A stretch of DNA of 64,000 nucleotides from Bacteroidota bacterium (GTDB taxonomy: Bacteria; Bacteroidota; Bacteroidia; NS11-12g; UBA955): the NCBI GenBank assembly GCA_947496065.1, contig CANMBF010000011.1, positions 334 through 64,333 on the forward strand, given 5' to 3'. Every line of letters begins with the position of its first letter. Position 1 is the first letter of the stretch. Under the pieces are notes generated by a model, which made no database searches, was not told the DNA's origin, and saw only the letters and a list, made by a program, of their open reading frames with translations. Below, one piece after another: positions 28,405 to 38,445 of this stretch. The position numbers were made by a program, and so were the translations under genes.

Positions 28405-31400
28405 ATGAAAAAAATGTACAAATTAAAACAAAGCCTCAAATTGCTACTTCTGGTAGTTTGTTTGGGAGCTGTAGGTTCTGTCTCAGCCCAGATGTCTGGT
28501 ACTTATACCATTGACAACACTGCGGCTACTGGCGCAGGTAACTTTGCCAATTGGCAGGATTTCAGAAACAGCATTGTAACCAATGGTGTTAATGGTGCTG
28601 TTGTAGTCAATGTGAAAACAGATATCACAGAAACTGCTCAAATTACCTTCCCTCCAATTACTGGTGTGTCTTCTACAAATACTGTTACTATCAATGGTAA
28701 TGGTAAATTTGTTGCTTATGCAATTGCAGATGCGGTAATTTTAATTAATGGTGCAGATTTTTTTACATTTGATAAACTAATTGTGCGTAACACCACAACT
28801 TCACAGTATGCACAAGGCTACAGATTTACCTATGGTGCTTCAGATTCAAAAGGATCAGATTACAACACCATTTCAAATGGTACCATCGAATTTAGTGCCA
28901 TGGCTACTGCAACAACTGCAGGCGGAGCTTACATTTCATTCTCGTCTACAGCCACTTCGGTTACAGCAACCAACTCATTGCCATATGGTTCATTTAACAC
29001 CATTTCAGGCAACATGATGCGTACAACCAATTCAAATAGTCCTGGTCCATCCTATGGTATTACATGCTCTGGTAGCAGTTCTACCTATTCGAGCACTGAC
29101 CAAGGCAATACTATAATTGGCAATACTATTGAGAATTTTTATTATATGGCGATGCGTTTATACTATACCAATGGTATACAAGTTACGAAAAACGATATTT
29201 CAAGAAAAAACGCAACTTCTGCAAATTGTAATTCTACTTTGTATGGTATCTATTCTTATTATGCCTACTCAACTTCACGTTCAACCAAATTAGATGAGAA
29301 CAATTTACACGATTGGCCATTTGTGGGTTCAACACCTGGTGGTTCTCAAAACACAACTTACGCTTTTTATACCTACCAAAATCAAGGTTTAAATAATACC
29401 ACCAACCGTTTTTCCATTTCAAACAATACCATTAAGAATCTAACATCTTACTATAATCATTATAATGGTTACAACTACTACGGTTACTACATGGATATCA
29501 CAGGTAACGTAGCAGATAATAATGATGTATCTTCAGGTAATGGATCAGCTTATCATTATGGATGGAACGTTTATTATGCCTTAGCCTATAAGATTGATAA
29601 CAATACCATTAAAAATTGTGATGGAAGTTACTATTGGAGAGGTATCTATGTATACAGTCCGCAAAACTCTTCTGGGGTTTCTACGTCTATTAGTGGTAAT
29701 ACTTTAGATAATAACTTGAGCGCTGGTTATATTTTCCAAGGTATTCAAGCCATGTACATTTATAATGGCAATTCGAACTTCTTAAATGTGAACGACAATA
29801 TTATTACTAGAAACCAATCATATGGTTACTACATGGTGCCAATTTGTATTGGCGACCCAGTATACTATGGCTACCCAGGTTATGGTTATGTTAACATTCA
29901 AAGAAATAAAATCATTGCTAATAAGAGTGCAAGTAACCAAGGTTATGTATTTGCATTAACAGCCTATTACAACTACGATCAAAATATTACCGATAATTTA
30001 ATTGCAGATAACGTTGGTTATTATGGTCAATATGCGATTTATACCAATGCCTACAACAGTGGAACCTATAAAGCTACTTACAGACAAAACACCATTAGAA
30101 TTGATGGTAGTCAATCTGGTTATGGTAGCCAATTTGTTTATGCTCTGTATGCTTATATGTATTACCACTCTAGTATCATCATAGAAGGAAATATTACAGA
30201 TTTGAAAAATTTATATTATGCCTATGTAATATACACTTATAATACCAATTCAGCGAATATTAAGATTGATAGAAATTCTTACTTTATCAATTCAGTAAGT
30301 AACCAATATTTTTATACACCAGTTGGTTCTTCTAATTCATTTACTGCTTGGAATTCAAGTGGTGCCGCTGGTTCAAATGAAAAATATGGTGATCCTAAAT
30401 GGAACAATGCTGCTACCTACGATTACCGTTCAAATACTTTGATGAACCAAAACAATATTCCTTATAATGCTTTAGACATCAGAGATGCTAACCAAGTGTT
30501 AAGAAATACTGCTAAAAACGATAGAGGTGCTTTAGAAGGGTACTTAGATATTGCGAGTGTAAGCAGTACTTTTGCACCAAACTCTAATGAGTGTGCTGGA
30601 TACTTAAACGGACCAACCGTAACTTTAAAAAACAATTTCATTGATGCAGTTACAGGCTTTAGTTTAGGCATGTCTGTAAATGGTGTTTTGGTAAGCTCTG
30701 CTTTGGTAACAAACACTATTGCAGTGGGTGCTACTGGAACAGTATCTTTCAATCCTGTTAAATTTAGCAAAGCAGGTGTTCAAAAAGTAAAAATCTTTTT
30801 ATTAGATGCCGACGATAATGCAACGAATGATACTTTAACCTATTCATTCAATATTAAACAAGCACCAGGTGGAAGTTCATTAACTTTTAACACCACTAAA
30901 TCTGCAGCAAAAGCGGTTTTTGATATCACAGGTAAGCCAGATATCACTACGAATGGTCAAGCCATCGTTTACGATTTCGGCCCGCCAACAAGAGTAGGTT
31001 TTGTGAACACTGATCACTTATTCAATGGTGGTTCTAAGTGGATTGCAACCGTAAGTGGTGCTACCAAATATGGTATTGCTATCCCAGGTTCAATGTTAAC
31101 CTACAGCAATCCTTCAGGTGCTACTAACGCCTACATTACATTTAATCCTACCACTTCCTTTGTTGATAGTTTAGTTACTATCTGCATTAAAGTATCTGAT
31201 TTAACAACTGGTTGCGATACTACCTATTGCAGAAAAGTATTAGTTGCACCACAAGGTGTGCCTGATTTCAAATTGCCATCTATCATTTGTGATAAAGATG
31301 ATATCTTCTTCGAAAATACATCTGCAGTATCAAGTGGTGCATTATTAAGCACATGGGATTTTGGTGACGGTTCTCCAACGGTAGATGCTACCAGCCCAGT

Positions 31401-33018
31401 ATACAAATACAATGGTCCTGGAACTTACCAAGTAAAATTAACAGTTGTAACTTCTCCATTTGGTTATGTAACAAGCATAACAAAAACCATCAATGTAAAC
31501 GAAATACCAACTGCTAGCTTCAAAAACACCAATGCTTGTGAAGGTAATGCAGTAACAATGATCAATACAACGACAATTGGTTCTGGTACCTTATCATATG
31601 TTTGGGATTTTGGTGATGGTTCTCCAACAGCAACTACCACCAACGCTTCTAGAACTTATGCAGCAGCAGGTGGATATAAGGTTACTTTAAAAGCTTCTGG
31701 TAACGGTTGTACCAACGTATTCTCTAAAAATGTTTATGAGTTTGCGCGTCCAGTAGCAGCCTTTATAGCAGTATCAGGTTCATGCGAAAATGATTTATTC
31801 ACTTTCAAAAACAATTCTTCTATCAGTCAAGGTGAGTTTGGTAGCAATTGGGATTTTGATGATGGTGGTAACTTTGCAACCGTTGACAATCCTCAATATG
31901 ATTTCTTAACCCCAGGTGTTAAAAACGTAAAATTATTAGCAGTATCTGAATTCGGTTGTACCAACTCAGTAACAGTTCCAGTAACAGTTAAAGCAATACC
32001 AGCTACTAACTTTACATTCCCATCTGCTTGTAGCATTGATCCAACGCAATTTAACAACACAACTGTAATTCCTGCAGGTGAAACATCTAAATCTTACACT
32101 TGGGATTTCGGTGATGGTTATTCATCAACTGCTACTAGCCCATTGAAACAATGGTTATCAATCGGTCCTAAAATTGTAAAATTAACTGCTGAGTTAAACA
32201 ATGGTTGCATCGCAGAAAAATCACAAATCGTAAACGTGGGTGTTCAACCAAAAGTTGATTTCCAATTTGCTGATCAGTGTGCTGGTTCTGAAGTACAATT
32301 CACCAACTTAACTAACTTCACACAAGGTAAAGTTACTTACGATTGGGATTTCGGTGACAATGCAACATCCAACGGTGTATCTCCAAGACACACTTATACG
32401 ACTGGTATTGGAACACAATCGTTCACAGTGAAATTGAAAGCGACTATTAAAGATGGTTGTTCAGATTCATTTGTTCAAGTTGTAAACATCAATCCATTGC
32501 CAACTACTTGTAACTTCGACATCGTTCGTGATTATAGCACTTCATTAACTGCTTATAAATTTACACCAACAGGTGGAGCATTGGCAGGTATCAGCTACAC
32601 TTGGTTAACAGGTGATGGTAACACTGTTGCTACATCAGCTGCAGGTACTAGCTATTCATATGCTGGAACAGGTAAATACTGTGTAACGATGATATCTAGA
32701 AATACTTCTGGTTGCGAGTGTTCATCAACAAAATGTATCACTTTAGCTACCGATACTAAAGATGCAACAAGTATGAATAACTTAATTACTATTTTCCCTA
32801 ACCCAACCAACGGTGTATTCAATGTTAAATTGGATGCTTATGTAGACAACAACATGGTTGTAGAAATCTACAATTCAGTAGGTGAGGTTGTAAAAACAGT
32901 AACAGTGAACAGCAACAATGCGGACATTGATTTATCAATGTATGCAAACGGTGTTTACATGGTGAAAGTAATTGCCGATAATCAAGTTGCTACGAAAGCA
33001 ATCGTATTAAATAAATAA
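28405..33018 (+). CDS. giant T9SS-secreted adhesin-like protein (beta-helix region, Ig-like region, six PKD domains, T9SS CTD)
   Basis: Signal peptide. About 650 aa of N/Y/G-rich parallel beta-helix-like repeats. Six PKD signatures (WDFGDGS variants). C-terminal IFPNPTNGVFNV...ANGVYMVKV...VLNK sorting domain. Confidence 0.8.
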   Translation: MKKMYKLKQSLKLLLLVVCLGAVGSVSAQMSGTYTIDNTAATGAGNFANWQDFRNSIVTNGVNGAVVVNVKTDITETAQITFPPITGVSSTNTVTINGNGKFVAYAIADAVILINGADFFTFDKLIVRNTTTSQYAQGYRFTYGASDSKGSDYNTISNGTIEFSAMATATTAGGAYISFSSTATSVTATNSLPYGSFNTISGNMMRTTNSNSPGPSYGITCSGSSSTYSSTDQGNTIIGNTIENFYYMAMRLYYTNGIQVTKNDISRKNATSANCNSTLYGIYSYYAYSTSRSTKLDENNLHDWPFVGSTPGGSQNTTYAFYTYQNQGLNNTTNRFSISNNTIKNLTSYYNHYNGYNYYGYYMDITGNVADNNDVSSGNGSAYHYGWNVYYALAYKIDNNTIKNCDGSYYWRGIYVYSPQNSSGVSTSISGNTLDNNLSAGYIFQGIQAMYIYNGNSNFLNVNDNIITRNQSYGYYMVPICIGDPVYYGYPGYGYVNIQRNKIIANKSASNQGYVFALTAYYNYDQNITDNLIADNVGYYGQYAIYTNAYNSGTYKATYRQNTIRIDGSQSGYGSQFVYALYAYMYYHSSIIIEGNITDLKNLYYAYVIYTYNTNSANIKIDRNSYFINSVSNQYFYTPVGSSNSFTAWNSSGAAGSNEKYGDPKWNNAATYDYRSNTLMNQNNIPYNALDIRDANQVLRNTAKNDRGALEGYLDIASVSSTFAPNSNECAGYLNGPTVTLKNNFIDAVTGFSLGMSVNGVLVSSALVTNTIAVGATGTVSFNPVKFSKAGVQKVKIFLLDADDNATNDTLTYSFNIKQAPGGSSLTFNTTKSAAKAVFDITGKPDITTNGQAIVYDFGPPTRVGFVNTDHLFNGGSKWIATVSGATKYGIAIPGSMLTYSNPSGATNAYITFNPTTSFVDSLVTICIKVSDLTTGCDTTYCRKVLVAPQGVPDFKLPSIICDKDDIFFENTSAVSSGALLSTWDFGDGSPTVDATSPVYKYNGPGTYQVKLTVVTSPFGYVTSITKTINVNEIPTASFKNTNACEGNAVTMINTTTIGSGTLSYVWDFGDGSPTATTTNASRTYAAAGGYKVTLKASGNGCTNVFSKNVYEFARPVAAFIAVSGSCENDLFTFKNNSSISQGEFGSNWDFDDGGNFATVDNPQYDFLTPGVKNVKLLAVSEFGCTNSVTVPVTVKAIPATNFTFPSACSIDPTQFNNTTVIPAGETSKSYTWDFGDGYSSTATSPLKQWLSIGPKIVKLTAELNNGCIAEKSQIVNVGVQPKVDFQFADQCAGSEVQFTNLTNFTQGKVTYDWDFGDNATSNGVSPRHTYTTGIGTQSFTVKLKATIKDGCSDSFVQVVNINPLPTTCNFDIVRDYSTSLTAYKFTPTGGALAGISYTWLTGDGNTVATSAAGTSYSYAGTGKYCVTMISRNTSGCECSSTKCITLATDTKDATSMNNLITIFPNPTNGVFNVKLDAYVDNNMVVEIYNSVGEVVKTVTVNSNNADIDLSMYANGVYMVKVIADNQVATKAIVLNK
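31260..32750 (+). repeat. array of six tandem PKD-domain coding repeats inside the adhesin gene
   Basis: WDFGDGSPT, WDFGDGSPT, WDFDDGGNF, WDFGDGYSS, WDFGDNATS and WLTGDGNTV recur at roughly 85-90 codon spacing. Confidence 0.75.
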
Positions 33019-33038
33019 TTAATTACACTTTATATAAA

Positions 33039-33068
33039 GCCCGAACCAATTGGTTCGGGCTTTTTTTT
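33039..33068 (+). terminator. Rho-independent terminator
   Basis: Perfect palindrome GCCCGAACCAATTGGTTCGGGC (33039-33060) followed by T8 (33061-33068), 20 nt after the adhesin stop. Confidence 0.85.
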
Positions 33069-33139
33069 GTCGATACTTTTTCTGCCTAATTCAATATTCG
33101 AAAGTTTTTTAATTGTAAGCGAATAGCGTTCTTTGTAAT

Positions 33140-33907
33140 ATGATAGATGTAAGCATTGAAGATAGGATTGGTACTATTTTGTTAAATAGGCCAGAGAAAA
33201 GGAATGCATTAAACAATGAAATGGCGGCGAAATTGCATGAAGCATTGGTGCAGTTAAAAAATGATGACACGTGTAAAATTGTTATCATTAAAGCCAATGG
33301 CGATGCGTTCTGCGCAGGCGCTGATTTAGCCTACTTACAATTATTGCAAAATAATACCTACGACGAAAATTTATTAGATTCTAGACAACTAATGGAAATG
33401 TATAATACCTTGTACCATTTTCCAAAAATTACCATTGCTCAGGTTGAAGGGCCAGCGATGGCTGGCGGCTGTGGTTTAGCCGGATTATGTGATTTTTGTT
33501 TTGCAACACCAAATGCTCAATTTGGTTATACTGAGGTAAAAATTGGTTTTATTCCTGCGATTGTTTCTGTATTCTTGACGCGGAAGATTGGGGAAAACCT
33601 TGCCAAACAATTATTACTCACAGGTGATATTATAACAGCCGAAGAGGCACTTCAAATGCATCTAATTACCAAAGTTGTACAAGCGAATGCCATTGAGGAA
33701 GAAGTTCAGTTATTTGTAAAAAAATTAATAAAGACAGTTTCAGGAGAATCAATCGCCCTAACCAAACAACTAATGGCTACTTTTCCTGGCATCTCAATTA
33801 TTGAACAATTGGCATTGGCCGCAACCTATAATGCTAAAGCGCGCTCTACAAATGATTGTAAAAAGGGAATATCTGCATTTCTAAACAAAGAAAAATTAAC
33901 CTGGTGA
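33140..33907 (+). CDS. enoyl-CoA hydratase/isomerase (crotonase) family protein
   Basis: LNRPEKRNAL, the FCAGADL oxyanion motif, and AMAGGCGLA. Confidence 0.85.
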   Translation: MIDVSIEDRIGTILLNRPEKRNALNNEMAAKLHEALVQLKNDDTCKIVIIKANGDAFCAGADLAYLQLLQNNTYDENLLDSRQLMEMYNTLYHFPKITIAQVEGPAMAGGCGLAGLCDFCFATPNAQFGYTEVKIGFIPAIVSVFLTRKIGENLAKQLLLTGDIITAEEALQMHLITKVVQANAIEEEVQLFVKKLIKTVSGESIALTKQLMATFPGISIIEQLALAATYNAKARSTNDCKKGISAFLNKEKLTW

Positions 33908-34671
33908 TAAGTTATGTTGATACCCACGCGCATTTGTATGCAGAGGAATTTGATGCAGATAGATCTGAGGTCATTGCTAGAGCCATTCAAAATGGTGTTA
34001 CTAAAATACTCCTGCCTAATATTGATTTACATAGCTTAGAGGGAATGAAATCTTTAACAGATACCTACCCTCAAAATTGTTTTGCTATGTTAGGATTACA
34101 TCCCTGTTCAGTTGATGAGCATTACAAGGCAACATTAACCTCGATAGAATCTGCAATACAAAATATAGTAGTAAAATCAATAGGTGAGATTGGAATTGAT
34201 TTATATTGGGATACAACCTTTAAGAATCAACAAATAGATGCCTTTCTCATACAATGCCATTGGGCCAATCGAATGGATTTACCGATTGCTATTCATACAC
34301 GCAATGCGACCAGAGAAACTTTAGATGCCTTAAATACTTTAGAAAAGCAACCGGGTGGTGTCTTTCATTGTTTTGGAGGAACACTTGAGGAAGCCAATGA
34401 AATTATTGATTTAGGCTATTCTCTAGGTATTGGAGGTGTAGTCACCTACAAAAGTTCAAATTTGGCTGGTATATTACCTCAAATAAGCTTAGATAAGATA
34501 GTGTTAGAGACAGACGCTCCCTATTTGAGTCCATCGCCTTTTAGAGGCAAAAGAAATGAGAGTATGCATATACCAATAATTGCTAATAAACTTGCAGAAA
34601 TCTATGGAGTGCCAGTCGAAGTAATTGCCGAAAGAACGACATTTAATGCTTGCCAACTTTTCAATTTATAA
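33904..34671 (+). CDS. TatD family metal-dependent hydrolase
   Basis: GTG start overlapping the upstream TGA. VDTHAHL, GEIGIDLYW, IHTR, HCF and ETDAPYL motifs. Confidence 0.85.
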   Translation: MISYVDTHAHLYAEEFDADRSEVIARAIQNGVTKILLPNIDLHSLEGMKSLTDTYPQNCFAMLGLHPCSVDEHYKATLTSIESAIQNIVVKSIGEIGIDLYWDTTFKNQQIDAFLIQCHWANRMDLPIAIHTRNATRETLDALNTLEKQPGGVFHCFGGTLEEANEIIDLGYSLGIGGVVTYKSSNLAGILPQISLDKIVLETDAPYLSPSPFRGKRNESMHIPIIANKLAEIYGVPVEVIAERTTFNACQLFNL

Positions 34672-34683
34672 TTTCAGTTAATA

Positions 34684-35598
34684 ATGATTATTCCGCCATA
34701 CCTTAAACCTGGAGATACCATTGCGATTGCAGCGCCTGCAAGAAGCATTAGTTTTGAACAACTACAAGCTGCAAAAAATTGGGTTGAAGCCAAGGGATAT
34801 AATATTTATATACACCCAGATTTGTATTTAGTAGAAAATCAAATGGGCGGTTCTGATAGTCATCGTGCAAATTTGTTTAATGAACTTTTGGCAATGGACA
34901 ATGTTAAAGCGATTTGGTGTGCGAGAGGGGGTTATGGATGTTTACGAATGATAGACGGAGTCAATACCAATTTATTAATGCACCATCCTAAATGGATCAT
35001 TGGTTTCAGTGATATCACTGTGCTTCACAATCATATTTTAAAAAATTGTGGTCAAGCTGTGCTGCACGCTACTATGCCAATTTTCATGGATCAGAAAGTT
35101 GGAGAAGAATATGAGTCAGTTGGCATAGCAATTAATAGTATGTTAGATGTCATAAGTGGTCAGCCTAACCAATTCAATTTGAAAGACCGTGACATTGTAA
35201 ATGAAAATAACTTCGACGGTTTTATAGTTGGGGGTAATCTGTCTGTTCTGGCTAGTATTGTTGACAGTGCATCTGAAATGCCTTTTGAAAATGCAATACT
35301 TTTTATTGAGGATTTAGATGAATATTACTACCATATTGATAGAATAATGCTAATGCTAAAAAGAAGTGGCAGATTAAAAGGGTTAAAGGCTTTATTAGTG
35401 GGCAGTTTTACAAATATGCATGACCATACAATCCCTTTTGGACATGATGTCAAAGCGATTATTCGACAGCATTGTTCAGACGGTTGTTATCCTATTATTT
35501 TTGATATTGATGCGGGTCACCACCTTAAAAATATGGCGATTCCTTTTGGTACACCTGTTTCATTTCAAAATGGAATACTTACATTTGCAACCAAGTGA
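34684..35598 (+). CDS. LD-carboxypeptidase (peptidase S66)
   Basis: GGYGC, the GFSDIT nucleophile-serine motif, and a C-terminal D.GH region (DIDAGHH). Confidence 0.8.
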   Translation: MIIPPYLKPGDTIAIAAPARSISFEQLQAAKNWVEAKGYNIYIHPDLYLVENQMGGSDSHRANLFNELLAMDNVKAIWCARGGYGCLRMIDGVNTNLLMHHPKWIIGFSDITVLHNHILKNCGQAVLHATMPIFMDQKVGEEYESVGIAINSMLDVISGQPNQFNLKDRDIVNENNFDGFIVGGNLSVLASIVDSASEMPFENAILFIEDLDEYYYHIDRIMLMLKRSGRLKGLKALLVGSFTNMHDHTIPFGHDVKAIIRQHCSDGCYPIIFDIDAGHHLKNMAIPFGTPVSFQNGILTFATK

Positions 35599-36086
35599 AA
35601 CTAGTAATTAAACAAATAACAAAATTTTTTATCATTGGGGTATCTGCTGTTTTGGTAGATTTAATTGTTTATTATGCCTTATCTGATTTATTAAAAATTA
35701 ACATTGATTTTTCAAAAGCTGCAGGATTTTTAATTGGCTCAGTCTATACTTATTACTTGAATAAGAAGTGGACTTGGAGACACACAGAAAAGACCAATAA
35801 GGGCATGGTTGGCAGGTTTGCAATCATTTATGCGATCTCTTTTATTTTTAATATTTTAATTAATAAATATAGTTTGGTTTTTATTCCTGACTTTGAAATT
35901 GCCTCATCAGTAACTTTCGCAAATAAGGATGTAATGACCCTTTTTTCAGTTAAAGGAGATAAGTTTATGGCCTTTTTCTTTGCCACTGTTTTTAGTGCGG
36001 TTTTTAATTTTCTTGGTCAAAAATACTGGGTTTTTTCAGGTGCTACCTCTGATCCTAAAGATGACACCAAAATTGAGGTTTCATAA
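35595..36086 (+). CDS. GtrA family membrane protein
   Basis: GTG start within a GTGA overlap. Four TM helices. KFFIIGVSAVLVDL and YYLNKKWTW motifs. Confidence 0.7.
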   Translation: MKLVIKQITKFFIIGVSAVLVDLIVYYALSDLLKINIDFSKAAGFLIGSVYTYYLNKKWTWRHTEKTNKGMVGRFAIIYAISFIFNILINKYSLVFIPDFEIASSVTFANKDVMTLFSVKGDKFMAFFFATVFSAVFNFLGQKYWVFSGATSDPKDDTKIEVS

Positions 36087-36156
36087 TACCTAAATAGAAT
36101 GTTATACAAGGTAGTACGGCACTGAATACATTTTTAATTTTTAGTCAGATACAATA

Positions 36157-36642
36157 TTGAAGGGGGAAAGAATTATTTTATTGGCTGGTGGTAATCATCC
36201 TAGTACGCTAGAATTGCTATGTACTGCAATAAATATGCTTGGGAAAGAAGTTGGAAAGATTATTTGTACGTCATCTTTATACAAAACAGCCGCATGGGGA
36301 CCAATACCGCAACCTGATTTTATCAATATTGCAATCGTTTTAAAATCAAATTTTCCCGCCCAATTATTGTTAAAGAAAATCTTATCGATTGAAGCAAAAC
36401 TAGGGAGAAAAAGAACCATTAAGTACGGTCCAAGGACAATTGATATTGATGTTCTATTTTATGGGAATCAGATAATTAATAGTAAAACTTTAACAGTTCC
36501 GCACCCTGAAATTACAAATAGAAGATTTGTGCTGATGCCTTGCTGTGAACTTATTCCAAATTTTGTTCATCCTAAACTTAAAATGCCTTTGTACCAGCTC
36601 CTCTTAATTTGTCCAGATGAATTGGAGGTGAGTCTATGGTAA
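36157..36642 (+). CDS. folK: 2-amino-4-hydroxy-6-hydroxymethyldihydropteridine diphosphokinase (HPPK)
   Basis: SSLYKTAAWG, GPRTIDIDVLFYG and LTVPHPEITNRRFVL motifs. TTG start. Confidence 0.8.
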   Translation: MKGERIILLAGGNHPSTLELLCTAINMLGKEVGKIICTSSLYKTAAWGPIPQPDFINIAIVLKSNFPAQLLLKKILSIEAKLGRKRTIKYGPRTIDIDVLFYGNQIINSKTLTVPHPEITNRRFVLMPCCELIPNFVHPKLKMPLYQLLLICPDELEVSLW

Positions 36643-37241
36643 GCCCACCATCAAATGTTTTACCATTGTATTTAGCACCAAGTGTTGATTGGTTTGTAGA
36701 AGCAATGAAATCAAAAGACTTAATTCTAGGGGATGAACAACAATTTGTTAGGCAAACCTATCGAAATAGGCTTGAATATGGCACTTTTCAAGGAACAAAA
36801 ACGTTCAGCATACCGCTGATACAAAGTACCACAAGTCATGGCTATAAAGAGGTCTTGATAAGCTACGATACGCATTGGCAGCGTCAACTAGTGAATGCCC
36901 TCAGAACAGCTTATGGCAAGAGTCCTTTTTTTGAATATTATGGCTATCGATTTGAAGCCATTATTTTAGGTAAGCATAATCAGCTATGGGCATTAAACGT
37001 TGATTTGCTCAATGAAATAATGAATTGTTTGAAAATTGATACTGCTTTCTCAATACAACAGAGTAAAGCAATTGATTCAGTAATCAATCATCAGGTCGTT
37101 AACTATTATCAAGTTTTCAATGAGACAACAGAATTTCAACCTCATTTGACGGTTTTAGATTTAATTTACAATGAAGGCCCAGATGCCATTCATGTTCTCA
37201 ATAAAATGACGGACGCTGCAAAAAGTGAGAGAATTAATTAA
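36636..37241 (+). CDS. WbqC family protein
   Basis: QFVRQTYRNRLEY and SPFFEYY motifs are typical of the WbqC-like family. Confidence 0.65.
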   Translation: MVSPPSNVLPLYLAPSVDWFVEAMKSKDLILGDEQQFVRQTYRNRLEYGTFQGTKTFSIPLIQSTTSHGYKEVLISYDTHWQRQLVNALRTAYGKSPFFEYYGYRFEAIILGKHNQLWALNVDLLNEIMNCLKIDTAFSIQQSKAIDSVINHQVVNYYQVFNETTEFQPHLTVLDLIYNEGPDAIHVLNKMTDAAKSERIN

Positions 37242-37348
37242 TCTATTGTAATTCAAATAGATATGATAAAAAGATAAATATTAGTATTTAAATTTTAGGG
37301 GGTGTTACTTATAAAATTGTTTTAGTAGGTAACATACACCCGATAATT

Positions 37349-38413
37349 ATGAAAGAAGAAATACAGGCGAACATCTTTACAAAATATTTGGCAGGATTGT
37401 GCTCTGCCGAAGAAGAAAAGTTTTTGAAAAATTGGTTAAAGAATAATCCAGCTAATCAGTTATTTTTGGGTTTTGTACAACAAAATTTTCCCCAATCGAT
37501 AAGAATAGTTAAATAAGTGTCAAAATCATTCCAATATAATATCCCTGAATATATTGCCAAGGCCTTTGGTGATGAGAGTGTATTGTCTGAAATTGATGAA
37601 ACAAAAATTCAAGAGATTCTCAAAACGACGGATGCTTTTGTATATCCTGAGTCAAAAGTCGCTCATAATTGGGTAAAGTTAAAAGCTGAAATCCAACAGT
37701 CGGTTTCTGCTGAAAAGCGACAAGTATCAATAGTTCCAATGATTATTAGATGGACCGTTGCCGCCATGTTGGTAATTGCTGTTACCTGTAGTATTTGGAA
37801 GTTTAATTCAAGTGGTTCGAAAAGCGAATTTGTTTATGCCACTGATAAAGATTTAAAAGTATACAATCTTGAGGATGGCTCCAAGATTACCCTCAATAGC
37901 TTTTCCAAGATAGTAACGAATGACTTAAATTCGGATTCTCGTGAAGTGGTTCTAATTGGTGAAGCCTTTTTTGAAGTGAGTCATAATGAAAAGCCATTCA
38001 TTGTAAAAACGGAAAGAGGTAATATAAATGTTACGGGTACTAAATTTAGTATTAAAAACAGACTTAATATGCCTTTGCAAGTTGTGCTTGCCGAGGGTCA
38101 AGTTGTTTTTAAATCTGGCAATAAGAGTATTATATTAAAGCCCGGAGAAATTATTACTGCTAAGGATGATCACATAATTTATAAATCGGCAGCAAGCAAC
38201 GTTGCCTATAGTTGGATTGATTCTAAGCTTGTATTTGAAAATGAAGTTTTGTCTACCATTATTCTGACACTAGAAAATCAATACAACACAAAGTTTGATT
38301 ACGATGCGTCTTTAAAGAATGAGAGATTAACACTTACATTCGATCATTTATCTGCCTCACAGGCAGCCGAGTTGTTAAGCCGAACCTTAAATTCAAAGGT
38401 TAATATCAAATAA
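37349..38413 (+). pseudogene. FecR-family anti-sigma factor interrupted by an in-frame TAA (37514-37516)
   Basis: 37349-37513 encodes MKEEIQANIFTKYLAGLCSAEEEKFLKNWLKNNP..., a FecR-like N-terminal sigma-binding region. The TAA is followed in the same frame by GTG at 37517 and then the TM helix, the FecR domain and a DUF4974-like C-terminus (ORF 37517-38413). Confidence 0.7.
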
Positions 38414-38445
38414 CTATTCAAAAAAGCTTTAATTTAGCGGTCTGA

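Noticed and set aside
28781-31412. Several 60-102-aa ORFs on both strands inside the adhesin gene
   Set aside because: They are fully nested in a 4.6-kb ORF with coherent domain architecture, and none has independent signals.
37514-37516. Genetic-code reassignment of TAA as the explanation for the two in-frame stops (also 58422-58424)
   Set aside because: TAA is the terminal codon of many well-defined genes in this window (rfbB, wza, nadK, the S41 peptidase, the adhesin, uvrB and others), so it clearly functions as a stop.
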